Positions 37,563-46,765 of a stretch of DNA of 64,000 bases are shown piece after piece. The notes beneath the pieces are model-generated. The model had not been told where the DNA came from. It did not search any database and was given only the letters and a program-made list of their open reading frames with translations. Source of the stretch: an uncultured Erythrobacter sp. (lineage in GTDB: Bacteria > Pseudomonadota > Alphaproteobacteria > Sphingomonadales > Sphingomonadaceae); assembly GCA_937899785.1 (NCBI GenBank), contig CALCCG010000004.1, positions 4,231 to 68,230 of the forward strand. The letters are read 5' to 3'. Made by a program: the position numbers and the translations under genes. Position 1 is the first letter of the stretch. The number at the start of each line of letters is the position of its first letter.

Positions 37563-38512
37563 GTCTGGCTTGGCGGGCTTGCTGCGCGCTTCAGACGATC
37601 GTTGATTGCGCGTCCCACCCCCTCGATCGGCACCGACGCCACCGCAATGCGAGGTTTGTCCGAGGCTGCGCCCTGGTGCAAACAGTCGTAAAGGCGCGCG
37701 GCGGCCTCGCTGAGATCGCCAGCCGGCGACAGCGAGCAATCGCCTGATAAGGCTCCAAATCCTATAAAGAACTCGTCTTGCGCAACTTCGGTGGCGTCAA
37801 GACGCACCGGTTTGCCCGGCGCGTAATGGCTGGAGAGCTGACCCGGCGCTTCGATGTGTCTTGCCGGGCCATGATCGACAGACGGCGCGGCCAACGCACC
37901 GCGTTCGACCGGACCCGCTCGTAATTCTTCCCAAGACCGATCCGCACGCAGCGCAAAGATACTCGATTCCAAGCCCGCCGAAGTGGGTCCGGCGTCAAGC
38001 ACCATGTGGATCCGCCCATTGAGGGAGGTCATGACATGCTCGGCCGTGGTGGGACTGATAAAGCCGGAGCGGTTGGCCGAGGGCGCAGCGATCGGAAAGT
38101 CGACCGCCCTTAAGAGCGCCTGCATCACCGGATGCGCGGGCGCTCGCACCGCCAGAGTTGGTAAGCCCGCCGTCACCGCGACCGCCAGTTGCGCGTCGCT
38201 TTTACGCGGCAAAACCATCGTGAGCGGCCCGGGCCAATAGCGTGCGGCTGCGGCGTCCGCCGCCTCGCTCCACTCCACCAGATCCCTTGCGCCGTGGGCG
38301 TCGCGCACATGAACGATCAACGGATTGAAGCTGGGTCGGCCTTTCGCCGCATAGATGCGCGCCACCGCGTTATCGCTGTCCGCGCGCGCGGCGAGGCCGT
38401 AGACGGTCTCGGTCGGCACGGCGACGAGGCCGCCTTCTTCCAAGATTTGGGCCGCACGCGCGATTCCATCCGCGCCCGCTATGACCACTTCCGTAACGTT
38501 CTTGCCGCTCAT
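37559..38512 (-). CDS. tsaC: L-threonylcarbamoyladenylate synthase (Sua5 type)
   Basis: VPTETVYGLAA, KGRPSFNPLIVH, WPGPLT, AAPSANRSG, APGQLSSHYAP. Confidence 0.93.
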   Translation of the reverse strand: MSGKNVTEVVIAGADGIARAAQILEEGGLVAVPTETVYGLAARADSDNAVARIYAAKGRPSFNPLIVHVRDAHGARDLVEWSEAADAAAARYWPGPLTMVLPRKSDAQLAVAVTAGLPTLAVRAPAHPVMQALLRAVDFPIAAPSANRSGFISPTTAEHVMTSLNGRIHMVLDAGPTSAGLESSIFALRADRSWEELRAGPVERGALAAPSVDHGPARHIEAPGQLSSHYAPGKPVRLDATEVAQDEFFIGFGALSGDCSLSPAGDLSEAAARLYDCLHQGAASDKPRIAVASVPIEGVGRAINDRLKRAASPPSQT

Positions 38513-38603
38513 GCCGTGTGCGCTATAGATTGCGGCCAGCAGAGCCAAGGCTTGCGCGACGATTGGGCGCGCCCAATTCAAGAAAATTCAAGGGATCTGA
38601 CCT

Positions 38604-40346
38604 GTGAACGCCTACACGCCCCCCACCCAGGACCAATTGCTGGCCATCCGCGTCAACGCCGGGATCGAAGAGATCGCCGAGGCCGAGAAGTTTGCGCACG
38701 CCGAACCCGATCTGGTTGAAGCCATCGTCGAAGGCGTGGGCCAATTTGCCGCAGGCGAGTTCGCGCCGCTCAACCGGGTCGGTGATCTTGAAGGCGCCAA
38801 ACTGGAAAACGGCGTGGTGCGCCTGCCCGATGGGTTCAAGGAAGCCTACGACGCCTATGTCGAGCAGGGTTGGAACTCGATTGCGAGCGCGATCGAGTTT
38901 GGCGGCCAGGGCCTGCCCTTCACGCTTTCGTGCAATGTGCTGGAGAATCTGGGTTCGGCCAACATGGCCTTCAACCTTCTGCCCATGCTCTCGGTCGGCG
39001 CTATCGAAGCGCTCGAGCATCACGGCTCGAACGATCAGAAAGCCAAATATCTGCCCGATCTGATCAGCGGCAAATGGTCAGGCACGATGAACCTCACCGA
39101 GCCCGCAGCGGGAAGCGATGTCGGCGCGCTGCGCTCGACCGCAGAACCGATCACCGAAGGGCCACACGCAGGCAAGTACAAGATCAAGGGCCAGAAGATC
39201 TACATCACCTGGGGCGATCACGAGCTCGCGGAAAACATCATCCATCTGGTGCTGGCGCGCCTCCCCGGAGCGCCGGAAGGCTCGCGCGGGATCTCGCTCT
39301 TCGTGGTGCCCAAGTATCATGTGAACGCAGATGGTTCGCTGGGCATGCGCAACGATCTGCGCCCGGTCAGCCTCGAACACAAACTGGGTATCAACGCTTC
39401 ACCCACTTGCGTCATGTCCTATGGCGATAACGACGATTGTATCGGCGAGCTGGTCGGCGCGGAGAACCGCGGGCTGATGGCGATGTTCACGATGATGAAC
39501 AACGCGCGCATCAATGTCGGCAACCAGGGCGTCCAGATTGGCGAGCGCTCCACTCAGCAGGCGGTGGTTTACGCCATGGACCGCGTGCAGTCGGCCCGCG
39601 CAGGCTCGCCCGACAAATCGCCGGTCGCTATTATCGAGCACCCGGATGTGCGGCGGATGATCCTGCGCATGAAGGCTCTCACCGAGGCCTCGCGCGCGGT
39701 GCTTTACTACTGCGCTGGTCAGGTAGACCTTGGCACCGTGGGAAATGCCGACGCGGCGAACCGAGCCGAAATTCTCGTCCCGCTCCTCAAAGCCTGGGGC
39801 ACCGATGTCGGCGTTGAGATTTCGGGTATCGGCATCCAGATCCACGGCGGCATGGGCTTTGTCGAGGAAACCGGCGCGGCGCAGCACTGGCGCGATTCGC
39901 GCATCGCCCCGATTTACGAGGGCACCAACGGCATCCAAGCCGCTGACCTTGTGACGCGCAAGCTGGGTCTTGAAGGCGGGGAGGCTATGATCGCCCTGTT
40001 CGAAGACATCGTGCGCGATGCAGGCGATGAAGCCACTTTGGCCACGCTCGCCACCGAGTGCGCGCACATCGCGCGCTGGATGCGCGACGAAGCGAGCCTT
40101 GATGATCGCCTCGCGGGCAGCGTGCCTTTCTGCACGATGGCGGCGGTCGCCGTCGCGGGCTGGCAAATGATGCGCCAAGGGCAGGCGGTCGCCAATGGCG
40201 CCGCGCCGTCACTCGCCGAAACCAAGCCGGTAACCGTGCGCTTCTTCCTTGACCGCATCGTTCCGGAGGCGATGGGCCAAAAGGCCGGTGCCATCGCTGG
40301 CGCCGATTTGCTCTACGCGCTGCCGTCGGAGAAGCTGGCCGGGTAA
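38604..40346 (+). CDS. Acyl-CoA dehydrogenase (long type, DmdC-like)
   Basis: GTMNLTEP.AGSD, GQKIYITWG, EHKLGINASPTC, QIHGGMGF, IYEGTNGIQA. Confidence 0.9.
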   Translation: MNAYTPPTQDQLLAIRVNAGIEEIAEAEKFAHAEPDLVEAIVEGVGQFAAGEFAPLNRVGDLEGAKLENGVVRLPDGFKEAYDAYVEQGWNSIASAIEFGGQGLPFTLSCNVLENLGSANMAFNLLPMLSVGAIEALEHHGSNDQKAKYLPDLISGKWSGTMNLTEPAAGSDVGALRSTAEPITEGPHAGKYKIKGQKIYITWGDHELAENIIHLVLARLPGAPEGSRGISLFVVPKYHVNADGSLGMRNDLRPVSLEHKLGINASPTCVMSYGDNDDCIGELVGAENRGLMAMFTMMNNARINVGNQGVQIGERSTQQAVVYAMDRVQSARAGSPDKSPVAIIEHPDVRRMILRMKALTEASRAVLYYCAGQVDLGTVGNADAANRAEILVPLLKAWGTDVGVEISGIGIQIHGGMGFVEETGAAQHWRDSRIAPIYEGTNGIQAADLVTRKLGLEGGEAMIALFEDIVRDAGDEATLATLATECAHIARWMRDEASLDDRLAGSVPFCTMAAVAVAGWQMMRQGQAVANGAAPSLAETKPVTVRFFLDRIVPEAMGQKAGAIAGADLLYALPSEKLAG

Positions 40347-40384
40347 TGTCCGTGCTCGGCGCCTCTGATCGAGCTCGAGCGGTT

Positions 40385-40446
40385 CGCAAGCACGAACACC
40401 CGCCCGCAGCTGCCCTGCAGCGCGGCGGAGGGAACCGCGGCGAGGA
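40385..40446 (-). repeat. Degenerate third copy of the repeat at 7475-7713
   Basis: Minus strand TCCTCGccGCgGTTCCCTcCGCCG matches unit 2 (20/24); GCTGCGGGCGGgtGtTCGTgCTTGCG matches 7538-7563 (22/26). Confidence 0.55.
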
Positions 40447-40452
40447 AAGACG

Positions 40453-41277
40453 ATGACCCAGCGAAGGGAAACTTTGGAGCGGATCGCCGACGCTCTCGAG
40501 CGTCTGGCCCCCGAGGTCTTGCCTCCGCAAGACTGGCTGAGCGCCCCAGCCTATGCGTGGGATGGCGAGCACGTTAGGCCTGTGACCGCGCTTGATGCGT
40601 TTCCGCTCGACACTTTGCGCGGAATCGATGAGCTGAAGAGCGCCTTCACCGCCAATGTCGAGCGTCTCGCCACAGGTGCAGCCGCGCATGACACGCTTCT
40701 ATGGGGTGCGCGAGGCATGGGCAAATCGGCGCTGGTGCGCGCGGCGGTGGCCGATGTCCAAGCGCGCGATCCCAAAGCGCTCGGGTTGATACAGATCTCT
40801 GCTTCCGCTCTTGGAAATGTGCCCGATCTTCTCGTCCAACTGAGCGAAGCCGATCGCAACTTCCTGCTTTTCGTGGACGATCTGGGGTTCGGGCCCGAAG
40901 ACAAAGCCAAGATGCTAAGCGTGCGGAGCTTGCTGGAAGGCGGTGTCGTTCCCCGCCCCCGAAGGGTCCGGGTGGTGGTGACCTCCAATCGGCGCGCGAT
41001 TGTCCAGCGCGATGCGAACGAGACAGAAGCTCTCCACGAGCGCGACGCGCGCGATGATGCCTTGGCTTTAGCGGATCGCTTTGGTCTAACTCTTGGCTTT
41101 CATCCGTGCGATCGCGACACTTACCTTGATATCCTGCACGCCTACACTGATCCGCTCGGACTTGAATTCCATGAGGATCAAGCGCTCGCCTGGGCGGTGG
41201 AGCGCGGCAGTCGCTCCGGACGCACAGCGTTCCAATATGCCACCGAATTGGCCGGACGCGCGGGCATGGCAATCTGA
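40453..41277 (+). CDS. DUF815 family AAA+ ATPase
   Basis: LLWGARGMGKS, LFVDDLGF, TSNRR, LADRFGLTLGF, RSGRTA.Q. Confidence 0.88.
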   Translation: MTQRRETLERIADALERLAPEVLPPQDWLSAPAYAWDGEHVRPVTALDAFPLDTLRGIDELKSAFTANVERLATGAAAHDTLLWGARGMGKSALVRAAVADVQARDPKALGLIQISASALGNVPDLLVQLSEADRNFLLFVDDLGFGPEDKAKMLSVRSLLEGGVVPRPRRVRVVVTSNRRAIVQRDANETEALHERDARDDALALADRFGLTLGFHPCDRDTYLDILHAYTDPLGLEFHEDQALAWAVERGSRSGRTAFQYATELAGRAGMAI

Positions 41278-41296
41278 GGAGCGATGGTGAGACGGC

Positions 41297-42787
41297 TCAT
41301 TGGCCGACTTTCTGGCCAGCTTGTTGCCGCAGATAGTCTTCTTCAAAGCTGGCTCGCGGATCGCGCAGCTCGCGACGTGGTGGGATTTTCTTTGTCGCAA
41401 TCCTCTCGATCCCAGCGCCGGGGTCCGCATCGGGAGAATAGGTGCGCCAGATTATGCCTGCGGTGTCGTCGGACACGAGCAGAGAGCCATCGCCGGCCCA
41501 TTCGACCCAGGTCGGGCGGCCAGCGGTGGTGCCATCGTCCTTGAGAAAGTCATCGAGAACCGGGACGGGTTTGCCAATCGGCGCGCCGCGTTCGTCGAAC
41601 GCGACATACACCACATCATATCCGGAAGGCGGGCTGCGATTCCACGAACCATGCCGCGCGACGAAGGCCCCGCTTGCCATAGCGTCGCCCATCCGGTGAC
41701 CTTCGGCTGTAAACACCAAGCCAAGCGCGGCAACATGAGGACCCATCGCAAAGACAGGTTTGCGTGTGTACTCCAGCAGGAACTTGGGCATGGGTGCCTC
41801 AACACGGCGATCAATATTGTCTTTGAAATAGACCCAGGGCCAGCCGTATTGGGCGCCGATCGGAACATTCGTGAGGTAGTCAGGAACCAGGTCCGAGCCG
41901 AGCATGTCTCGTTCGTTCACGGTGGTCCACAATTCGCCCGACCATGGGCTGAAGTCGAGACCGTTGGCGTTGCGCATTCCGGCGCCAAACGGACGCGCGC
42001 TCTGACTCTCGAGATTATACTCCCAGATCATAGCGCGGCCTTCTTCGACCGCCATACCCCTTTCGCCAACATTGCTCACCGAGCCGACAGCGACGTAAAA
42101 GCGATCACCATCGGGGTGAAGCTCCAGATTTCGCATCCAATGCCCTCCTCCAGCGGGGAGATCCATCAGCCTCTCTGGAGCGCTGGTGACCCGGTCTGAG
42201 CCAAGCTCATAGTCAAACTCTAGAACCGCATCGTGGTTGGCAACGTACAGTTTGCCATCAAGCCAACTCATGCCGGACGGCGAATCAAGACCCTCGCTGA
42301 GGATCGTTTGCCGCACCTCGGCCACACCATCGCCATCCGCGTCGCGCAACAAAACGATCTCGTTGGGTGAATCGCCCGCAGCGCCAGCCTGCGTAAAGAG
42401 ATAATCCGCGATCAGCCCTTCGACCGTCGCCATAAAGCCTTCGGACGCCGAGTCTTCTTCCGCAGCCGGTGCGCGAGTCAGCGTCACCAGAATATCCCCG
42501 TTTGGCAGCGCGTAGAGAATGCGCGGGTGATCAAGGCCTTCGGCAAACCGATTGACGCTCAGCCCCGCAGCGGCTGTTGGGCTTTCACCCTGCGCCCAGC
42601 CCACTGGCTCGGCGATCTCAATGGTCGGGAAGGATTGCGGGTCAGGCTCGGCCAGGGTCGGATCGGTTCCGGCAACAGCGTCAACTGACAACGAAGCTGT
42701 GTCACCTCGAGTTACAAAATAGACCGCGCCTCCCGCGACCAAAAGAAAGACGACAAAGGCGATTGCGAGTTTGCGAAGAATTCCCAT
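41297..42787 (-). CDS. Sorbosone/glucose dehydrogenase family beta-propeller
   Basis: FAEGLDHPR, GMRNANG, VNERDMLGSDLVPDYLT, YGWP, HGSWNRS, LLVSDD. Confidence 0.88.
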   Translation of the reverse strand: MGILRKLAIAFVVFLLVAGGAVYFVTRGDTASLSVDAVAGTDPTLAEPDPQSFPTIEIAEPVGWAQGESPTAAAGLSVNRFAEGLDHPRILYALPNGDILVTLTRAPAAEEDSASEGFMATVEGLIADYLFTQAGAAGDSPNEIVLLRDADGDGVAEVRQTILSEGLDSPSGMSWLDGKLYVANHDAVLEFDYELGSDRVTSAPERLMDLPAGGGHWMRNLELHPDGDRFYVAVGSVSNVGERGMAVEEGRAMIWEYNLESQSARPFGAGMRNANGLDFSPWSGELWTTVNERDMLGSDLVPDYLTNVPIGAQYGWPWVYFKDNIDRRVEAPMPKFLLEYTRKPVFAMGPHVAALGLVFTAEGHRMGDAMASGAFVARHGSWNRSPPSGYDVVYVAFDERGAPIGKPVPVLDDFLKDDGTTAGRPTWVEWAGDGSLLVSDDTAGIIWRTYSPDADPGAGIERIATKKIPPRRELRDPRASFEEDYLRQQAGQKVGQ

Positions 42788-42868
42788 ACACAGATCGATA
42801 AGCGAGCCTCTGGTTGGAAACAACATGGCTTTGTGCACTCAAGCGACAATTCGCGTCAGGAACCATCC

Positions 42869-43369
42869 ATGTACGATTTCAAACCCGGCCCTGAAGCCAG
42901 CCCGAAAGAGCGTTACGATGAGCTTTGTCAGGCGGTGGAAGCGCTTACGGCCGATGAGCCGGATGGGGTGGCAAACATGGCGAACACCGCGTCGCTTTTG
43001 TGGGAGTTTCTACCCGACCTGATCTGGGCCGGCTTCTATCGTGTGTCGTCCACCAAAGATGGGAGTGGCGATGAGCTGGTGTTGGGGCCTTTTGTTGGAA
43101 GGCCCGCGTGTATTCGGATCCCATTTGGACAAGGTGTTTGTGGCTCGGCCGCGCAGCAAGCCAAAGTACACCTCGTCGCGGACGTCCATGCCTTTCCCGG
43201 ACATATCGCCTGCGATGCGGCGAGCCGTTCCGAGTTGGGCGTGCCGGTACTTCGGGACGAGGTGGTCATCGCCGTCATCGATCTCGACAGCCCCACCGCC
43301 TCACGCTTTGACGAAGCGGACGCAAAGGGAATCGAAGCCCTCGCGCGGATCCTCGCTGAACGGATTTGA
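42869..43369 (+). CDS. msrC: GAF protein, free methionine-R-sulfoxide reductase-like
   Basis: WAGFY, LGPF.GRPACIRI..G.GVCG, FPGHIACDAASRSE, DLDSP...RFD. Confidence 0.85.
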   Translation: MYDFKPGPEASPKERYDELCQAVEALTADEPDGVANMANTASLLWEFLPDLIWAGFYRVSSTKDGSGDELVLGPFVGRPACIRIPFGQGVCGSAAQQAKVHLVADVHAFPGHIACDAASRSELGVPVLRDEVVIAVIDLDSPTASRFDEADAKGIEALARILAERI

Positions 43370-43546
43370 AGACGAAGCCTCTGCCGGCAAGGACGCGCGG
43401 ATAAGCGGCGGGGCACATCCGCCCCGAAACGAGACAGTGTGCGTGACCAGCTTGGTCCACGCCGCACCAAAATGGTAAATCTAGACTCACCACTAGTCTC
43501 ATGAGGTCGCCCGCGAGTCGCGGCGCCCGCTTTCAGGGGAATTTCC

Positions 43547-44536
43547 ATGCTGCCCGTTCGCGCTTCACTGCTCTCCGCCAGCGGGATCGTTACCCTCGCT
43601 GTCGCGGCGCCCGCCATGGCTCAAGACAACGCCGCGCCGCCCCCCGTCGAGGTCGCGTTTGAGGCCCCGTCAGAGGCCGCTCCAATTGCCCCCATGACCC
43701 CAGCGGAAGTGAGCAACCTGCCGGCGGAGTACCAAACCCTGGGCACACCGGCGGAAACCTCTACCACGACCGGGATTGATGGGATTGAAACGATCACACG
43801 AACGCGGCGCATCCCTTCCGCGCCGCCCAGCGTCGCCGCTCCCGCGCAGGCAGTCCCCCCTCCCGCCGCTGTGTCGCCAAACGCCCAGTACACCTATTAC
43901 CAAGCCGGATACGCGCAATCCTACGCGCCGATCGTGCTCGATCGTGAACAATGGATTGCCGAGTGTGAACGTCGCACCGATGGTCGAAGCGACGAGGAAA
44001 AGGGTGGAATCATAGGTGGCCTCTTGGGCGCGATTGGCGGTGGCATAGCTGGACATGAGCTCGCCGCGGCGGGCGAAGCTCTTGGAGGAACCCTGATTGG
44101 TGCCGGTGTAGGCGGTCTTTTGGGCCTGTTTATCGGTAACCTTATCGCAGGAGATGGGGATGAGGACGACTACGACTGCGAAGGCGCGCTCAACACCTAT
44201 CTCGATCAATACGGTCAGCATGGCGGTCGCTACGCAAGCCGTTCAATCCCAGCCTACTCCCCACCTGGCGCCACTCCCTATCAAGCCTATGGCTATGGCT
44301 ACGCATACCCCCAGCCAATCTACTATGCCCCGCAACAAACCGTCGCAATGGTTCCGGTAACAACCTTTCAGCAGCAACGTGTCGTTGTTCGAGAGACGGT
44401 GCGAGAAGAGGTCATCCCGGGCGCGGTGCGGACAATTCCGTCGACCGAGGAACCGCTGCCGTCTCCCAAGCTGATCAAACAGTCGCCCAGCGCTCCTTAC
44501 GCGCCGCCGCCGTCCCCCAAAATGATCAAGGATTGA
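43547..44536 (+). CDS. Secreted glycine-zipper protein with Pro- and Tyr-rich regions
   Basis: Signal peptide; GGIIGGLLGAIGGGIAG..GTLIGAGVGGLLG flanked by two Cys; duplicated PSPK(L/M)IK at the C-terminus. Confidence 0.75.
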   Translation: MLPVRASLLSASGIVTLAVAAPAMAQDNAAPPPVEVAFEAPSEAAPIAPMTPAEVSNLPAEYQTLGTPAETSTTTGIDGIETITRTRRIPSAPPSVAAPAQAVPPPAAVSPNAQYTYYQAGYAQSYAPIVLDREQWIAECERRTDGRSDEEKGGIIGGLLGAIGGGIAGHELAAAGEALGGTLIGAGVGGLLGLFIGNLIAGDGDEDDYDCEGALNTYLDQYGQHGGRYASRSIPAYSPPGATPYQAYGYGYAYPQPIYYAPQQTVAMVPVTTFQQQRVVVRETVREEVIPGAVRTIPSTEEPLPSPKLIKQSPSAPYAPPPSPKMIKD

Positions 44537-44753
44537 GCTTCACCCAACCATGGGAGGGGCCCTCAACGCGTGAGAAGTTGCGCAAGGCGACTTTATCGTA
44601 AAGCCCGGTTACTTTGCCGACACCAGCCCAAGCTGGGTGCGTCATCGCAAAAGTGTTCATAGAAGCCTTCACAGCCATACGACCCAGGGCCTCAATCATG
44701 GTTTATGGGTAAGGTAAGGAATTTGTAAATCTATCCTCCGTATTCGGACGGAG

Positions 44754-45701
44754 ATGGCACAATTCGGACACCTCCCGAGACGGCTCACGGCCGTCTGCGC
44801 CGCGTTTGGGCTGGGCATGGCGGCTTTCGCTTCGACCCCTGCCGTCGCTCAAAGTGCCAAACTCATCGAAACAGACTGGGAACTCAAACCAAGCGCGCGA
44901 GTGGAATTCGGGGCCGTCAGCGCCGAAACCGCTACCCGCGACGATTCGGTTATCGTCAACGGCGACGCCTTCACCATTCGCGCCCAAGCGGCGATCGTTA
45001 TCGAGGATGACAACACACGAATCCGGCTTGAAGCGGATCGGATCGAAGTGCTTCGTCTCGACGACGAGCGCGATGACATCAGCCGCGACCGCATTACCGC
45101 AGAAGTTAACCAGGAAGTGAGCGAGACCGTCGAAGTCCAGCTCCGTGCCAGGTATTATGATGACCTTGTCACCGCCGAAAGCACCGACACGGACGAAATC
45201 CAGGGGTCAGTTCGCGTAACCTACGAGCCTGAGCGCGCCCACCGCGTGCGTGTGCGCGGTTCTTGGCGTGAACGGGAGTATGACCAGGGTACCGGCGGCC
45301 AAACCGAGGGGCAAGGACCGCGTGTCGACGCCCAATATCGTCATCGGCTCGGCCGATATCACTACGTGACGGTTGATCTGCGCGCTGAATCAATCGATTC
45401 TGACGATCCGCGCCGCGGCTATTCTCGCGAATCCGCCAAAGTGTCTTACACACAGCCCATCACGCCGGACCTGCGCGTCCGGCCGGCGATCCAATATCTA
45501 AGAACCCACTTTGATGAACGCCTCAACGAGTTCGGTGAGACACGTCGGGACGAGCTTGTGGTGCCGGAAGTCGAGATGCACTGGTGGCCGGGCAAGCTGC
45601 GCGTCGAGGCCGAGGCCAAATACATCTTCTCGGATAGCAACCTGCCGGCCAGAGTGCGCGAAGGCTATCGGCTAACCCTCTCGGTTGGATATGTTTTCTG
45701 A
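44754..45701 (+). CDS. Putative outer-membrane beta-barrel protein
   Basis: Signal peptide (AVA-Q), alternating amphipathic strands, C-terminal beta-signal LTLSVGYVF. Confidence 0.75.
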   Translation: MAQFGHLPRRLTAVCAAFGLGMAAFASTPAVAQSAKLIETDWELKPSARVEFGAVSAETATRDDSVIVNGDAFTIRAQAAIVIEDDNTRIRLEADRIEVLRLDDERDDISRDRITAEVNQEVSETVEVQLRARYYDDLVTAESTDTDEIQGSVRVTYEPERAHRVRVRGSWREREYDQGTGGQTEGQGPRVDAQYRHRLGRYHYVTVDLRAESIDSDDPRRGYSRESAKVSYTQPITPDLRVRPAIQYLRTHFDERLNEFGETRRDELVVPEVEMHWWPGKLRVEAEAKYIFSDSNLPARVREGYRLTLSVGYVF

Positions 45702-46764
45702 CCTAACCTTCAAACTCAAGCGGATACGCGAACGCGCCACCCCACAGGTCAAGCGCCCCTTCTTCATCGGATTGGGCGTTGGCGTTGCCCTGTTGCTCCT
45801 GGTCCTTCTCGGATTCATGAACACGGGAAGCTTCTTCGCGCTACCCTCCTCGTTCGGAGACACCGCAACATCTCAGGCTATTTGGGGTCTTAAGCCCTCC
45901 AACCTCTTGATGGTTTTGCCGATGGGCGCCTTCCTGGTGGTGCTTGCGCGCAGCTTTATCGGCCTGAAAGCCTTTGGCTTGTTTACCCCCATGCTGGTGG
46001 CGTTGGCGTTTTTGCAGATCGGTCCGATTATGGGACCAATCGTCCTCGCGTCATCCGTCCTTGTTGGAATGATCGTTGCCCCACTCCTCCTGAAACTGCG
46101 AATGACGCGGGTCGGATTTCTCGGAACGCTTATCTCTTTGATTGTCTTGGTGCTCGTCACACTTCAGATCATTCTCGACACCAAGCTGCAAGTTGACGCC
46201 TTCCCCGTTGTCGTTTGCGCGCTCGTCGTCGAACGCTGGTGGAGACAATGGGAGAAGGACGGCGCTTACGAAGCCGCTCGGCTCGCTTTCAATACGTTTG
46301 CGATTTCGATCGTCATCCAGTTTGTCATGGTTTCCAACCTGGCGCTGGCGTTGATCGAAGCGTCGCCTCTGCTCATGCCCGCATTAACCGGTATCGCCAT
46401 TGCCATCCTCGGACGGTACCGCGGTTTGCGCCTAACGGAGATCGGTCGTTTCATGCCGGTCTGGCTTGAGCGGAGGCGCATTGCGCGAAACGGCGCTGAT
46501 CCGGCTCAATACGAATTCGATTTGGAGCAGACCGAACCCGCACCCCTCGCAAGCCGCGGACCACCACCTTTGGACGGTGTATGGGTCATTGGTTCATATG
46601 ATGACTTCAAACCCAATCGCCGGCGCCGTGTTCCGCAACCTATGGACCTGTCCGATCTCTCAGCCGCTCCGGACAATGGATCGCAGTTTGCGCCGCGGCT
46701 AGGCGCGTCAGGAAAACTCCCAATGCACAACGCATGGATCATTCGTTCGGCGGAGGATGTGTGA
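45691..46764 (+). CDS. 7TM membrane protein (7TM_transglut family) without the inactive transglutaminase domain
   Basis: LPMGAFLVVLARSFIGLKAFGLFTPMLVALAF, FPVVV...VER....EKDG, LGRYRGLRLTEIGRF; start overlaps the barrel gene stop. Confidence 0.85.
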   Translation: MFSDLTFKLKRIRERATPQVKRPFFIGLGVGVALLLLVLLGFMNTGSFFALPSSFGDTATSQAIWGLKPSNLLMVLPMGAFLVVLARSFIGLKAFGLFTPMLVALAFLQIGPIMGPIVLASSVLVGMIVAPLLLKLRMTRVGFLGTLISLIVLVLVTLQIILDTKLQVDAFPVVVCALVVERWWRQWEKDGAYEAARLAFNTFAISIVIQFVMVSNLALALIEASPLLMPALTGIAIAILGRYRGLRLTEIGRFMPVWLERRRIARNGADPAQYEFDLEQTEPAPLASRGPPPLDGVWVIGSYDDFKPNRRRRVPQPMDLSDLSAAPDNGSQFAPRLGASGKLPMHNAWIIRSAEDV

Positions 46765-46765
46765 C

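Noticed and set aside
38604-40346. DMSP demethylation pathway (dmdC)
   Set aside because: Family resemblance only; no dmdA or dmdD nearby, and substrate cannot be assigned from sequence
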